Positions 19,687-29,018 of a stretch of DNA of 64,000 nt are shown here, piece by piece. The first letter of the stretch is position 1; each line of letters opens with the position of its first letter. Location of the stretch: the NCBI GenBank assembly GCA_021735245.1, contig JAIPHJ010000004.1, positions 14,652-78,651 on the forward strand, written 5' to 3'. The notes beneath the pieces are model-generated. The model saw only the letters and a list, made by a program, of their open reading frames with translations. It did not search any database and had not been told where the DNA came from. Source of the DNA: Candidatus Bipolaricaulota bacterium. GTDB taxonomy: Bacteria; Bipolaricaulota; Bipolaricaulia; M55B111. The position numbers and the translations under genes are program-made.

Positions 19687-20272
19687 TCATTATCACCTTT
19701 GAAGAAATATCAGTTACAATCGTGTTTCTCACTCTGACCGAATAAGCCGCTAATCCTAGCAAAGCTCATTTTAGCTGAATTTCGTAAATATAATCAGTTA
19801 AGAAAAATGGCTAGCTATTTGAAGGAAGGAAAGGAGGAGGGTGAGAGTACCCCCCACGTTCCACTGAAAACTACCACCCTGAATGAACCGGCCCGACCGG
19901 ATTCCAGGTGGAGACTAGCTTTTTGTAACTGGTGGTTAACTTCTAATATTATAAGCATACTTGGTTATAAATGTGATTTATTTTCAAAAATATAACGTTT
20001 TATTTATCTTTTGTCAACCCTTTGAAGTAAATTATTGACAATTTCTTGTTTACGAATCGCAGGAAGATTTCCAAAACGACAAATTATAATAGGTTAATTT
20101 CCTTATACTTCTTCTCATTGGTAGATTATACCTCCAGGTAACTTTCCTCATCCGGGTGCTGGTCGAAAGTTTCAGGAGAGAAAGTTTATTTGACCTATGA
20201 GTGGACCGGGCGGATTGAGACGGGGGACTTTGACCAGATAGATCTCTTGGTTACAATGAAAAAGAAACGCAG

Positions 20273-20340
20273 GGGTCGAGAAATATTGCCTCGGGTCGAG
20301 AAATATTGCCTCGGGTCGAGAAATATTGCCTCGGGTCGAC
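20273..20340. repeat. 20-bp tandem direct repeat, three perfect copies plus a degenerate fourth
   Basis: gggtcgagaaatattgcctc occurs at 20273-20292, 20293-20312 and 20313-20332, followed by gggtcgacaaaatata. Each unit contains CGAG-N9-CTCG dyad symmetry around AATATT. A further GGTCGAAAG lies at about 20162. Confidence 0.9.
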
Positions 20341-20522
20341 AAAATATACGACTTTTCGAACGAAGAACAGCCGCAGCTGCTCAAATGGAAGACGGAGGAG
20401 GACTATCACGAAGACATCGGATCGATTACTTACACTCAAACGCGATGAGTTTTACGAGTCGAACGGGTATCCGATCAGGAATAAATACCTAACGGGTCCA
20501 GAATATATCAAAGGTGGTGCAA

Positions 20523-21089
20523 GTGCCCGAACTACCCGACGTAGAAATTTTTAAACGGTATTTCGACTCCTACGGCCTCGATAAGAAGGTCGAGAAGGTG
20601 AAAATTCGGTCGGAGCAGGTACTCGGTAATCTGAGGCCGAAAGGGTTAGGGGCCGCGCTAACGGGAAAGAAATTCAGCTCGAGTTTGAGGCACGGAAAGC
20701 ACCTGCTCGTCTCCACAACCGGGGAGGAGTGGCTGGGGTTCCACTTTGGCATGACCGGTTTCTTTGAATATCTGGATCCTGGAGAAGACCCTGGGGGGCA
20801 TCCGCGAATCTTATTTCAGGCCGGAATCCATCCCCGGGTTGAAGCATCCAATTTATCTCAGGCTAAAATTGGGGATCTCTATGATGAAATGAAGTACGTT
20901 CTTGAGAAAGCAATTGCCCGCGAAGTCGAGGCCGATAGCTTGCCCTCGAACTTTCTTCTCCCGCATCGAACTCCCGGTACGGCCTGCCCACAATGCGGGG
21001 AAAATATTGAAAAAGTCAAGGTATCGGGGCGCAGTGCCTATTTTTGCCCGGCCTGTCAAAGTACTCCTAACTCCGAATCAGACTCTTAG
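20523..21089 (+). CDS. Fpg/Nei-family DNA glycosylase, unusually short (internal segment missing)
   Basis: The GTG at 20523 gives the canonical N-terminus (M)PELPDVE with the catalytic Pro. An H2TH remnant (ILFQAGIHPRVEASNLS) and a C-terminal zinc finger (CPQCGENI...YFCPACQ) are present. The product is only 188 aa, against about 270 aa for typical Fpg. Confidence 0.75.
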   Translation: MPELPDVEIFKRYFDSYGLDKKVEKVKIRSEQVLGNLRPKGLGAALTGKKFSSSLRHGKHLLVSTTGEEWLGFHFGMTGFFEYLDPGEDPGGHPRILFQAGIHPRVEASNLSQAKIGDLYDEMKYVLEKAIAREVEADSLPSNFLLPHRTPGTACPQCGENIEKVKVSGRSAYFCPACQSTPNSESDS

Positions 21090-21236
21090 CACCGCTCCCT
21101 AAATCCTGTCGTACTCCTGGTCCGGTACGTTGCAGGAGCGTTCTTCGGCCGGGAAGAGACCTTCCTTTACCTCTCGTCCCCCGATCATATTTTAAACCCC
21201 CGGTTGGTTATTATTATGTTCACAGTTGATTAACCA

Positions 21237-22448
21237 TCAACTATCGTTCTTTAGACTGGAGAGGGCTTTACGTAGTCTGGTTAGGGCCTGCTTTAGGCGG
21301 TCTAACGAGTTGGCGTAGCAGATCCTGAGGTAGCCATCGCCTCCGGGTCCGAAGGCCGTTCCCGGTAAAAGGGCGACCCCGGCTTCTTCCAGGAGGTAAT
21401 CGGCAAGTTCGCTTGAGGTCAAGTCAAAGGAGTCAACTTTCGGAAAAACGTAAAACGCTCCCCCGGAAGTATTGCAGGTTACTCCTTCTATATCATTTAA
21501 TCCCTCGACTACCAGGTCTCGTTTTTTCCTCAACACTTCTCGATTCTTTCGAACCCGATCCTGAGGACCCTCCAGTGCCTCTATTCCGGCGTACTGGGTA
21601 AATGTCGCCGTGCAGCCTACCGAGTGAGTAAGCAAATACCCTATCTTTTCGGCCAGCGGTTCCGGGGTTACGGCAAACCCCAGTCGCCAGCCTGTCATAG
21701 AATAAGTTTTTGAAAAACCGTCTACCATGATGGTTCTCTCTTTCATACCTCCGTAATTCATAATACTCCTGTGATCGTATTCGCCGTAGACTATACGCGA
21801 GTATATCTCGTCGGAAAGGACAAATACGTCTTCCTCCCGGGCCAGCGTAGCTATTCTTTCAAGGCTCTCCGGCGACATTAGATTACCTGCGGGATTTCCC
21901 GGCGAATTTATGAGTATATACTTCGTTCTCGAGTTAACGGAACTTTCCAGTCGATCGATATCCAGCCGAAACCCGTCGTTCTCTATCAGTGGAACCGGAA
22001 TCGGCTTGCCGCCAGCTACCTCTATCATAGATTTGTAGGTGGGAAAACCGGGGTCGGGATATATCACTTCGTCCCCTTCTTCGAGTAGTGCCACTGTCGA
22101 GAAGAAAAGCATCGGCTTGGCTCCGGGCCCCACGGCCACTTCATCAGGAGTAACTCTTACTTCTCTGGTCTCGGAAACGTGATCGGCTATTGCCTCCCGC
22201 AGCTGTGGTATCCCCTGAGACGGGTTGTAGTCGGTCTTGCCCTCGACCAGGGCTCTGATACCGGCAAGGGTTATATTGGGAAAAGTCGGGTAATCGGGCT
22301 GACCTATCTCTAAATGAACGATGTCCTCGCCCTCCTCCTCCAGCTCATTTGCTTTGGCCAGTACCCTGTAAGCACCCTCGGGCTCTAGATCGGCGACGTT
22401 CTGGTTTATTTCTGAGATAATGTTAGACTTAACAGGGAACCCGGTCAT
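21237..22448 (-). CDS. Class I/II PLP-dependent aminotransferase (aspartate aminotransferase-like)
   Basis: 403-aa ORF with NSPGNPAGN and the PLP-lysine motif DGFSKTYSMTGWRLGF. Its ATG overlaps the stop of the upstream MttB gene (ATGA at 22445-22448). Confidence 0.85.
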   Translation of the reverse strand: MTGFPVKSNIISEINQNVADLEPEGAYRVLAKANELEEEGEDIVHLEIGQPDYPTFPNITLAGIRALVEGKTDYNPSQGIPQLREAIADHVSETREVRVTPDEVAVGPGAKPMLFFSTVALLEEGDEVIYPDPGFPTYKSMIEVAGGKPIPVPLIENDGFRLDIDRLESSVNSRTKYILINSPGNPAGNLMSPESLERIATLAREEDVFVLSDEIYSRIVYGEYDHRSIMNYGGMKERTIMVDGFSKTYSMTGWRLGFAVTPEPLAEKIGYLLTHSVGCTATFTQYAGIEALEGPQDRVRKNREVLRKKRDLVVEGLNDIEGVTCNTSGGAFYVFPKVDSFDLTSSELADYLLEEAGVALLPGTAFGPGGDGYLRICYANSLDRLKQALTRLRKALSSLKNDS

Positions 22449-23905
22449 GATCCAACCAGCCCCATAATCTCCTCAACCTTATTTTCATCCAGCTTATCCG
22501 GGTCGTAGTTCTCAATTATGTCTTTTACCTTCTCGTTTAGTCTCTCTTTCGTCGAGGGAGAGCCGGCACTTTCCCATTTTTCTCTCTGGGAACGGTCGAA
22601 AAAGCGCGGTTCCCAGTAATCCCGGAAGTGATTTACCGTCTCCTCTGTTCCAATAAAGTCTCCGCCCGGACCTTCTTCTTCGATTTGATCGAGCAATAAC
22701 GTCGCCTGATTTACGGGTATCCCGGTCATCATGTGTTTGGTCATGTCTATCAGTTCGTCCGATAGTGCGACCATTTCGAGCGAGGCAGCTAACCCCGACT
22801 CCATGTAACCGACATCGTGGATCAGATTTGCCCCACTGAACCGGGCCATAATCACTGACATGGTCGCCTCGGTGGCCGCCTGTTCGTCCATCTCCTTGGC
22901 GTCAGAGCAACCGGCGTAACCCCAGGTCGGTATTCCGTAGTGGCGACCGAGTTCGGCAACTGCCGTCTTGGTCAGCTGGAACTCGGGGGAGCCGTAGCAA
23001 ATCTGCATGTTCTTCATGTCGAAGTGGTGCGGCCCCGCTCCGTATACGAACGGAGCCCCAGGGTTCTCCAGCTGATGCACGACCAGAGCACTCAGTATCT
23101 CCGCGTTACACAGGGCTATTTCTCCTGCCATGTGGATCGGGCCCGTGCTTCCCATCATCGGCGCAGGAGAGTGGACTACCGGCAACTCCGTTTCGGCCAT
23201 CAGTAACAGCTTGTCCAGGGCCGTCTCGCTCTGCTGAAGCGGCGAGGTCGGCTCGGAGTAAAGCAAGAGGTTGGGTCTGCGGCTCAAGTCCTCTCTGGAT
23301 TCTCGCAGCGTCGTTGACATGTCGATAATCGTTTCGAGGTCGTCTCTATCATCACAAACAACGACCGTTGGCTTGGTCGAGTAACGAAGCATGTGAGCGT
23401 ACTGCCACTGGTAATTGGAGACTCCGTCAGGTTTATCCTCGGGCATACCTACGCTCATCAGGAAATCCACGTTATCCAGAGCATCTACGACTCTATAGGC
23501 ATCACAAACATCTTCTGTCTCCCACTTTCTCGTCTCTCCGGTGAAGGGATCGAGATACTTCAGGGTATCAGAACCCGTACCGAAGTAGGTTTCGGTGCCC
23601 TGCAGGTTCATTGCCGGATCGCCACTTCGATCTGTCAGGACAACTCTTCCGGGGGTGGAAGATATAGCCTCCTCGATTAACCCGGGAGGGAATCGAACCA
23701 GGTCTTCCTCGCCTATATAAGCACCGGCTTCGTCCAGGAGCGTCAGTGCACGTTCGTGGTGGAACTTAACTCCGACTCGACGAAGAAGTTCCAGGGTCGT
23801 ATTATGTATATCATCTATCTGGTTATCCGAAAGTAATCTAAACTGTGGCGTGTCTAAACTGGTATGGTTGGAGTTCAGTATTTCAGCGGCTTCGTCTTCT
23901 AGCAT
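22445..23905 (-). CDS. MttB-superfamily methyltransferase, non-pyrrolysine (quaternary-amine type), paralogue 2
   Basis: 486-aa uninterrupted ORF with no in-frame TAG. Family-typical N-terminus (LSDNQIDDIHNTTLELLRRVGV) and core (SPLQQS..., GANLIHDVGYMESG, HFRDYWEPRFFDR). Confidence 0.8.
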   Translation of the reverse strand: MLEDEAAEILNSNHTSLDTPQFRLLSDNQIDDIHNTTLELLRRVGVKFHHERALTLLDEAGAYIGEEDLVRFPPGLIEEAISSTPGRVVLTDRSGDPAMNLQGTETYFGTGSDTLKYLDPFTGETRKWETEDVCDAYRVVDALDNVDFLMSVGMPEDKPDGVSNYQWQYAHMLRYSTKPTVVVCDDRDDLETIIDMSTTLRESREDLSRRPNLLLYSEPTSPLQQSETALDKLLLMAETELPVVHSPAPMMGSTGPIHMAGEIALCNAEILSALVVHQLENPGAPFVYGAGPHHFDMKNMQICYGSPEFQLTKTAVAELGRHYGIPTWGYAGCSDAKEMDEQAATEATMSVIMARFSGANLIHDVGYMESGLAASLEMVALSDELIDMTKHMMTGIPVNQATLLLDQIEEEGPGGDFIGTEETVNHFRDYWEPRFFDRSQREKWESAGSPSTKERLNEKVKDIIENYDPDKLDENKVEEIMGLVGS

Positions 23906-23953
23906 TAAGTGACCTCCTAATGGTTAGATTGTAATCATCAAATAGATCAAAAA

Positions 23954-25405
23954 TCATTCTGACTTTTTCGAGGCAAATTTGCTCTGAATTAGTTCCAGGT
24001 TTTCTTGAGTATCCCGGTTTAAATCAGGAATTCCTTCGTCGCTTTCAAAAAAGTCCGTTATATACTCGTTCGTTCTGTCAAAGAAAGACTCAACATCTTC
24101 AGAACTCTCGTTATTAAACGGGGTTCTGTCTAGAAATCTGGGATACCAGCTATCCTTGAAGTTGTCGAGAGTGTGAGGGTGAGAAACGAACTCCCCTCCG
24201 GGACCTACTTCTTCCAGTAGACCGATCTCTAATTCTTCCGTGGCCCCCACCCCGGCTACCGTATTACGAAGTAGATCGATTACCTCGTCCATTGCCACTA
24301 TCATTTCCGGTATCAATAACTTGGCGCTACCAAATAGCCCGACGTCGTGAATTAGATTTGCACCGGACAAAGTTGCCAGGTAAGCCGAAGAAAGCGCTTC
24401 CAGCACTGCCTGGCCGTCAAAGAGCTTGGAATCACCCGTTCCTGCAGTTCCAAATACGGGAAGCCCGATGTGGTGACCTAGTTCGGCAATTACTGACGAC
24501 ATCACCTGAAGCTCCGGAGCGCCGTAGGAAAAGTTCGCCGTATCCATATCCATCAATGAAGGCATGCCACCCAGGACGAATGCACCGCCGGGATCGATCT
24601 GCTGATGCAGTACCAGCCCAAATAATGATTCAGCGGTAGCCTGAGCGACTGCAGTGGCGAAGTCCTGAGGTGCCGTAGCACCCATAGCCAGAAACGGAGA
24701 ATATAGAAGTGGTATCTCTTTTACCGCACAATACCGAACTTTCCGGACTGAGCTATCTGGGTTAACGAGGGGTGATATCGGTTCGGCGTAATTGACAAAA
24801 AAGGGCTTGTCTTTAAAAGGAGTTTTGGCTTTCGCCCGGGCCATTTGATGGACCGCTTTCAGATCCTCCAGGCTTTCGGTGATTGCAACAAAAGGTTTGT
24901 CCGTGTTTAACAAGCACTGCTTTGTCGAGACTATTTCGGCCATCTGGCTGTCGTGATCTGCCGCAAACCCGGCCGGCATAAGGAAGCTTATATTGGACAG
25001 CCCGTCAACAAGCCTCACTATTCGACCGATATCTTTCTCTCGGCAGTCCTGGTAGTTACCGGAAACGGGGTTGAGCAGGTTGGGTCCGTCTATACTCGCT
25101 CCGAAATAGCTCTTGTCACCTTCAAGCTCGAGCGCCTTTTCTCCCGCCTGGTCGTATAGATTCAGCGAGTTCGGAGTTTTTTCGATCGAATCCTCGACAA
25201 GACTCCTGGGTAAGCGGGCTCTATCTCCTTCGATCCTCGCCCCGGCTCCATCCAGGACCTCTTTTGACTTTTCTTCCGTTAACTTCATTCCGATCTTTTC
25301 CAGGATTTCGTAAGCGCCTGCTTCGATCCTTTCCAGCTCAGCTTCCCCAAGCAGGTTAAACCTCACACCCTCCAGTGGAGAATATCTACTTGACAAAAAA
25401 ACCAC
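23954..25405 (-). CDS. MttB-superfamily methyltransferase, non-pyrrolysine (quaternary-amine type), paralogue 1
   Basis: 483-aa uninterrupted ORF. It has the same architecture as its neighbour (LGEAELERIEAGAYEILEKIGM, GANLIHDVGLFGSA, NFKDSWYPRFLDR) but is clearly divergent from it. A TTG at 25396 with a better SD spacing is an alternative start. Confidence 0.8.
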   Translation of the reverse strand: MVFLSSRYSPLEGVRFNLLGEAELERIEAGAYEILEKIGMKLTEEKSKEVLDGAGARIEGDRARLPRSLVEDSIEKTPNSLNLYDQAGEKALELEGDKSYFGASIDGPNLLNPVSGNYQDCREKDIGRIVRLVDGLSNISFLMPAGFAADHDSQMAEIVSTKQCLLNTDKPFVAITESLEDLKAVHQMARAKAKTPFKDKPFFVNYAEPISPLVNPDSSVRKVRYCAVKEIPLLYSPFLAMGATAPQDFATAVAQATAESLFGLVLHQQIDPGGAFVLGGMPSLMDMDTANFSYGAPELQVMSSVIAELGHHIGLPVFGTAGTGDSKLFDGQAVLEALSSAYLATLSGANLIHDVGLFGSAKLLIPEMIVAMDEVIDLLRNTVAGVGATEELEIGLLEEVGPGGEFVSHPHTLDNFKDSWYPRFLDRTPFNNESSEDVESFFDRTNEYITDFFESDEGIPDLNRDTQENLELIQSKFASKKSE

Positions 25406-25452
25406 CCTCGTAGGTTAGCTGGTTTTAAAAACAACCGTCACGTCTGACGTGA

Positions 25453-26481
25453 CTAAATGGTAAACCCTTCTACAAGAGGATCGCCCGGCGACGTGACAAA
25501 ATAATTCAATCCAGTAATATAAGAAGATCCTGTTACTTTGGGAACTATAACCTGTCGACCGTCGAATGTTTTTTCCTCCACGGCTTCACCTTTAAACTCC
25601 GTATCTATGATGCTTCGGTAACGCTTACCTTCTCCCAGGGCCAGCTCACCGCTGTAGTACTCCCAGGCAATTTGCGAACAGGTACCCGTACCGCAGGGCG
25701 ACCTATCAATTACGGCACCTTCGTGAATTACAACGTTCTTTGAATTTTTCTCCCCCTCGACGAAACGTATTCTCTCCAGAGGTACTCTTCCCGTTTCCGG
25801 GTGCTCGAGCTTGATTTCCTTTCGATCGTTGATCTCTTTCATTATTTCGTGGGCCAGAGAGTTCAATGCATCCAGATTTTGCCGGGTCACGGAAAGCTCC
25901 AGGTCCTCAACTTCCACGATTCCAAAGATATTTCCCCCGTAACTCAGCTCAACACTTACTTCTCCCGGGCCCGGCACCTCCACTTCGACGGCGTCGAAGA
26001 AGTAAGAAGGCGTGCCAAACAAATCGACCCTATCGACCCGGCCGTCCCGATAATGAGCTACCGTCTTTACGGTTCCCGCAGGAGTATCCATAGTAATAAC
26101 GTTTTCCCCCTGATCCACTTCCAAAAGCCCCAGTTCAGATAGAACGGTGGCAACGCCGATAGCACCGTGGCCACACATGTCAGCGTATCCGGCTGGATAA
26201 GGAAATAGGACTCCGATATCCGCGTCATCTTCGGCCGGTTCCATTACTATTGCACCAAACATAGCAGCATGTCCTCGGGGCTCTTTCATCGTCCGTGTCC
26301 TAAGTTGATCCTGGTTTTCCCAAATCCATTTTTGTCGATCTACCATCGTCGGTCGATCTTCCAGCGCCGGGTCGTACCCGTTCAGAATTACCCTAATTGG
26401 TTCTCCGGCCGTGTGGGCATCAACCGCCAGGGCAAAGGACTTCTCCTTTAAGTTGTTCAGAGAGTCTTTAATAGGAATCAT
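25453..26481 (-). CDS. Proline racemase / 4-hydroxyproline epimerase family protein (Cys/Cys catalytic pair)
   Basis: 342-aa ORF. It has both catalytic-Cys motifs of the family: DMCGHGAIGV and DRSPCGTGTCSQ. The second Cys is retained, so it is of the racemase/epimerase type rather than the dehydratase type. Confidence 0.85.
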   Translation of the reverse strand: MIPIKDSLNNLKEKSFALAVDAHTAGEPIRVILNGYDPALEDRPTMVDRQKWIWENQDQLRTRTMKEPRGHAAMFGAIVMEPAEDDADIGVLFPYPAGYADMCGHGAIGVATVLSELGLLEVDQGENVITMDTPAGTVKTVAHYRDGRVDRVDLFGTPSYFFDAVEVEVPGPGEVSVELSYGGNIFGIVEVEDLELSVTRQNLDALNSLAHEIMKEINDRKEIKLEHPETGRVPLERIRFVEGEKNSKNVVIHEGAVIDRSPCGTGTCSQIAWEYYSGELALGEGKRYRSIIDTEFKGEAVEEKTFDGRQVIVPKVTGSSYITGLNYFVTSPGDPLVEGFTI

Positions 26482-26501
26482 TATTTAATATGGACCCCAA
26501 T

Positions 26502-27233
26502 TCATTCGCTTTCCTTTCCCAGTTTTAAGCCTTCCGGAGTTAGTTTTTCCTCTACTTCCGATAGCAGCCAGTCAAGCGTAACTGCCAGGCCTGCCGTCAA
26601 CAGGGCCCCCTGCATCATTAAGGAGACAAAGTTAACTGACTGTCCCCGCATGATTATCTGACCCAGCCCGCCGGCATTTATCAGTGCTGCTATAGCCGCC
26701 GTACCGACACAGAGAATAGTAGAATATCGAATGCCTGACACGATTACAGGTAAAGCCAGAGGTAGTTCGATCTTTTTAAAAATCTGGAGCTTTGACATAC
26801 CCATACCCTTGGCAGATTCTATTACACTTTGATCTATATCTTCTATGCCGACGGTAGCATTGCGCAGCACCGGAAGGAGAGAATAAATAAATAGAGCAAT
26901 TATGCCGGGACGGAAGCCGATACCGAAAAAGGGCGATACTCCAGCAACCAGAGCCAGAGGAGGGATGGCAAGTCCGACGTTTGCTATTCCCGTAACCGGG
27001 GAGGCAAGAAATTTCAGACCCGACCGAGTGATCAGAAGCCCCGCAGTTATACCCACCGTTATGGCCAGGAACTCAGCTATACCGACCAGTTTGATATGTT
27101 CCCACGTTCTCAATAACAAATCCCTGCCGGAGGCCGGATCGTACCATCCCTGAGACCCGTATAACGTATAGTATATCGCCAACCCTACCATGATTATTAT
27201 TAAAATAGACGACATAATCCGCTTTCCTTTCAT
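26502..27233 (-). CDS. Betaine/choline-type ABC transporter permease (OpuCD/OpuBD-like)
   Basis: Polytopic BPD-type permease with an EAA-like loop (IESAKGMGMSKLQIFKKIELPLALP). ATGA overlap with the upstream permease gene. Confidence 0.82.
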   Translation of the reverse strand: MKGKRIMSSILIIIMVGLAIYYTLYGSQGWYDPASGRDLLLRTWEHIKLVGIAEFLAITVGITAGLLITRSGLKFLASPVTGIANVGLAIPPLALVAGVSPFFGIGFRPGIIALFIYSLLPVLRNATVGIEDIDQSVIESAKGMGMSKLQIFKKIELPLALPVIVSGIRYSTILCVGTAAIAALINAGGLGQIIMRGQSVNFVSLMMQGALLTAGLAVTLDWLLSEVEEKLTPEGLKLGKESE

Positions 27234-27916
27234 CTTCCCCCTCCCTTGGACCTCCAGTTAAGTTTTTGTTCGACCCTTCCCGATAGCCAGTCCAGGACAA
27301 TCGCGAGAACGCTGGAAAATATCGCTCCTGTAAGGATCAAGTCGACCCTCAAATTCCTAATACCCCGGAATATTGGAATTCCAAGCCCGCCACCGCCCAC
27401 GAAGACAGCTAGAGCGGCTATACCCACGCTCATGACAATGGCGTTTCTCAACCCTGCCATTATCACCGGAAACGCCAGAGGTAATTTGACTCTGTAAAGT
27501 ATCTCGCGATGAGACATTCCCATCCCTCTGCCGGCCTCAATGATCTCCGGACTAACTTCTTTAATGGCCGTGTAAGTGTTTTCGATGATCGGCATCTGGG
27601 CGTAAAGAACCAGAGCGATGATCGCCGGGACTATACCCACGCTCTGGACACCTGGTACGGCTCCCAGCAAGGGTATCATCATGGTGTAAAGAGCCAAACT
27701 CGGGATGGTAAGCATGATTTCGGCCAGATTCACCACTACGTTTGCAATTTCTTCCCTACCCTCACCCGCAATATAGACCCCGATACTAACGCCGAGTACC
27801 GTGGCAATACCGGCAGCGATTCCGACCATTATAAGGTGTTCGATAATCCACTTTGTAATCAGGGGCCAATGAGATCCAATGTACCGCCACGTCGAGCTAA
27901 ATATTTTTTCTTCCAT
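27230..27916 (-). CDS. Betaine/choline-type ABC transporter permease (OpuCB/OpuBB-like)
   Basis: Polytopic permease with the EAA loop IEAGRGMGMSHREILYRVKLPLAFP. Confidence 0.82.
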   Translation of the reverse strand: MEEKIFSSTWRYIGSHWPLITKWIIEHLIMVGIAAGIATVLGVSIGVYIAGEGREEIANVVVNLAEIMLTIPSLALYTMMIPLLGAVPGVQSVGIVPAIIALVLYAQMPIIENTYTAIKEVSPEIIEAGRGMGMSHREILYRVKLPLAFPVIMAGLRNAIVMSVGIAALAVFVGGGGLGIPIFRGIRNLRVDLILTGAIFSSVLAIVLDWLSGRVEQKLNWRSKGGGR

Positions 27917-27984
27917 AGTATTTCCTCTTGGCTGACAAGTCGAGCTACCCCGGTTTTACCCGGGGTAGCGACAATTAAGGCTGA

Positions 27985-28956
27985 TTAACCTTCTATCAGG
28001 CCGTGTTCCACCAGGAATTCTTTCGCTACTTCATTCGGGTCCTTCGGTGGATCGGAAAGGTCGGCCTCGTGGTTCATTTCCATCATGGCTTTTCTGGCTG
28101 ACGGGTATTCAGCACTACCGCCCAGCATCTCGGGTTGCGGGAATGCTCCGGCCAGTTCCACCAGCAGGTCCTTGATTTCCGGGTATTCTTCCAAAGTGTC
28201 CGTGCGAACTACGGGGAAAAGGTTGTACGGCGGCCAGAATCCTTTATCGTCCTTTAGCACTTTCAACCCCATAGCTTTGGCGTGCGGGTCGGTTCCGTAA
28301 ATCATCCCGACGGTCGCGTTACCCTGATCCACCTGGCGCATGGTTAGGCCGATCGACATCAACTGCAGCTTGTTTTGCTTGACTTCAAATCCGTACGTTT
28401 CCTGCAAAGCGGGTAGGCCATCCGGTCTCTCGTAGAATTCGTTCCCTACCGCCCATTTAACCTGCTGTTCGTTATTGATATAGTCGGCGAGATCCGAAAT
28501 TGTGTGAACGTCATTTTTCTCCGCCCATTCTACATCTACGCAGAGAGCCCAGGTATTGTTGACGTAAAGACCTTTTTCAGTTATCCAGGTTAGTCCATTC
28601 GGTTTATCCAGCACCTTCAACGCCCAGGGAAAAGCGTACCACGGAACCCGTCCTTCACCTTTGTAAGCTCTACCGAGATAGGTCGTGTAGGCTGTCCCGT
28701 CGTAAGACATCATGATATCTATGTCTCCTGATTCCACGCCGGCTCTCAGGGTCGGGCTGGGTAGATTCTTCTTCATCTGGACAGTAAAGCCTCTGTCTTC
28801 AAGTAGAAGCTTGACCATCCATCCGACGATCCACTGTTCAGTGAAGTCCTTCGTACCGACAGTAATCTTACCTTTGGACTGAGCTGCGGCCCCTATTACG
28901 GCAAAAGAGGCAAGAATCAACGAGAATATCAACAGAAAAGCAAATGTCTTTTTCAA
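27985..28956 (-). CDS. Glycine betaine/choline-family substrate-binding protein (OpuAC fold), secreted
   Basis: Signal peptide MKKTFAFLLIFSLILASFAVIGAAAQ. ITVGTKDFTEQWIVGWM and an aromatic-rich pocket pattern are typical of OpuBC/OpuCC-type binding proteins. Confidence 0.8.
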   Translation of the reverse strand: MKKTFAFLLIFSLILASFAVIGAAAQSKGKITVGTKDFTEQWIVGWMVKLLLEDRGFTVQMKKNLPSPTLRAGVESGDIDIMMSYDGTAYTTYLGRAYKGEGRVPWYAFPWALKVLDKPNGLTWITEKGLYVNNTWALCVDVEWAEKNDVHTISDLADYINNEQQVKWAVGNEFYERPDGLPALQETYGFEVKQNKLQLMSIGLTMRQVDQGNATVGMIYGTDPHAKAMGLKVLKDDKGFWPPYNLFPVVRTDTLEEYPEIKDLLVELAGAFPQPEMLGGSAEYPSARKAMMEMNHEADLSDPPKDPNEVAKEFLVEHGLIEG

Positions 28957-29018
28957 TTTATTAACCCTCCTTAGAGAATTAGGAATTCGGTTAAACCAAA
29001 TAAGATTTAACTACAGAA

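Noticed and set aside
19808-19925. Glutamine (glnA-type) riboswitch or SRP/4.5S RNA upstream of the glutamate-synthase-like gene.
   Set aside because: On the minus strand there is a GGTTCA...TGGAAC pairing that is reminiscent of the glnA RNA P1. The conserved GGAAGUAGG core and the SRP GGAA/AGCA loop motifs are absent. From memory alone I cannot support either call.
20273-20340. Possible CRISPR array or coding repeat at the 20-bp tandem repeat. The ORFs 20190..20492 and 20306..20554 run through it.
   Set aside because: The repeats are contiguous with no spacers and there are only three of them, so this is not a CRISPR array. The ORFs crossing them lack SD sequences and translate to Arg-rich low-complexity peptides.
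22445-25405. Pyrrolysine (in-frame TAG) in the two MttB-family genes.
   Set aside because: Both ORFs are uninterrupted at full family length (486 and 483 aa). No pylTSBCD genes are in the window. They are non-Pyl members.
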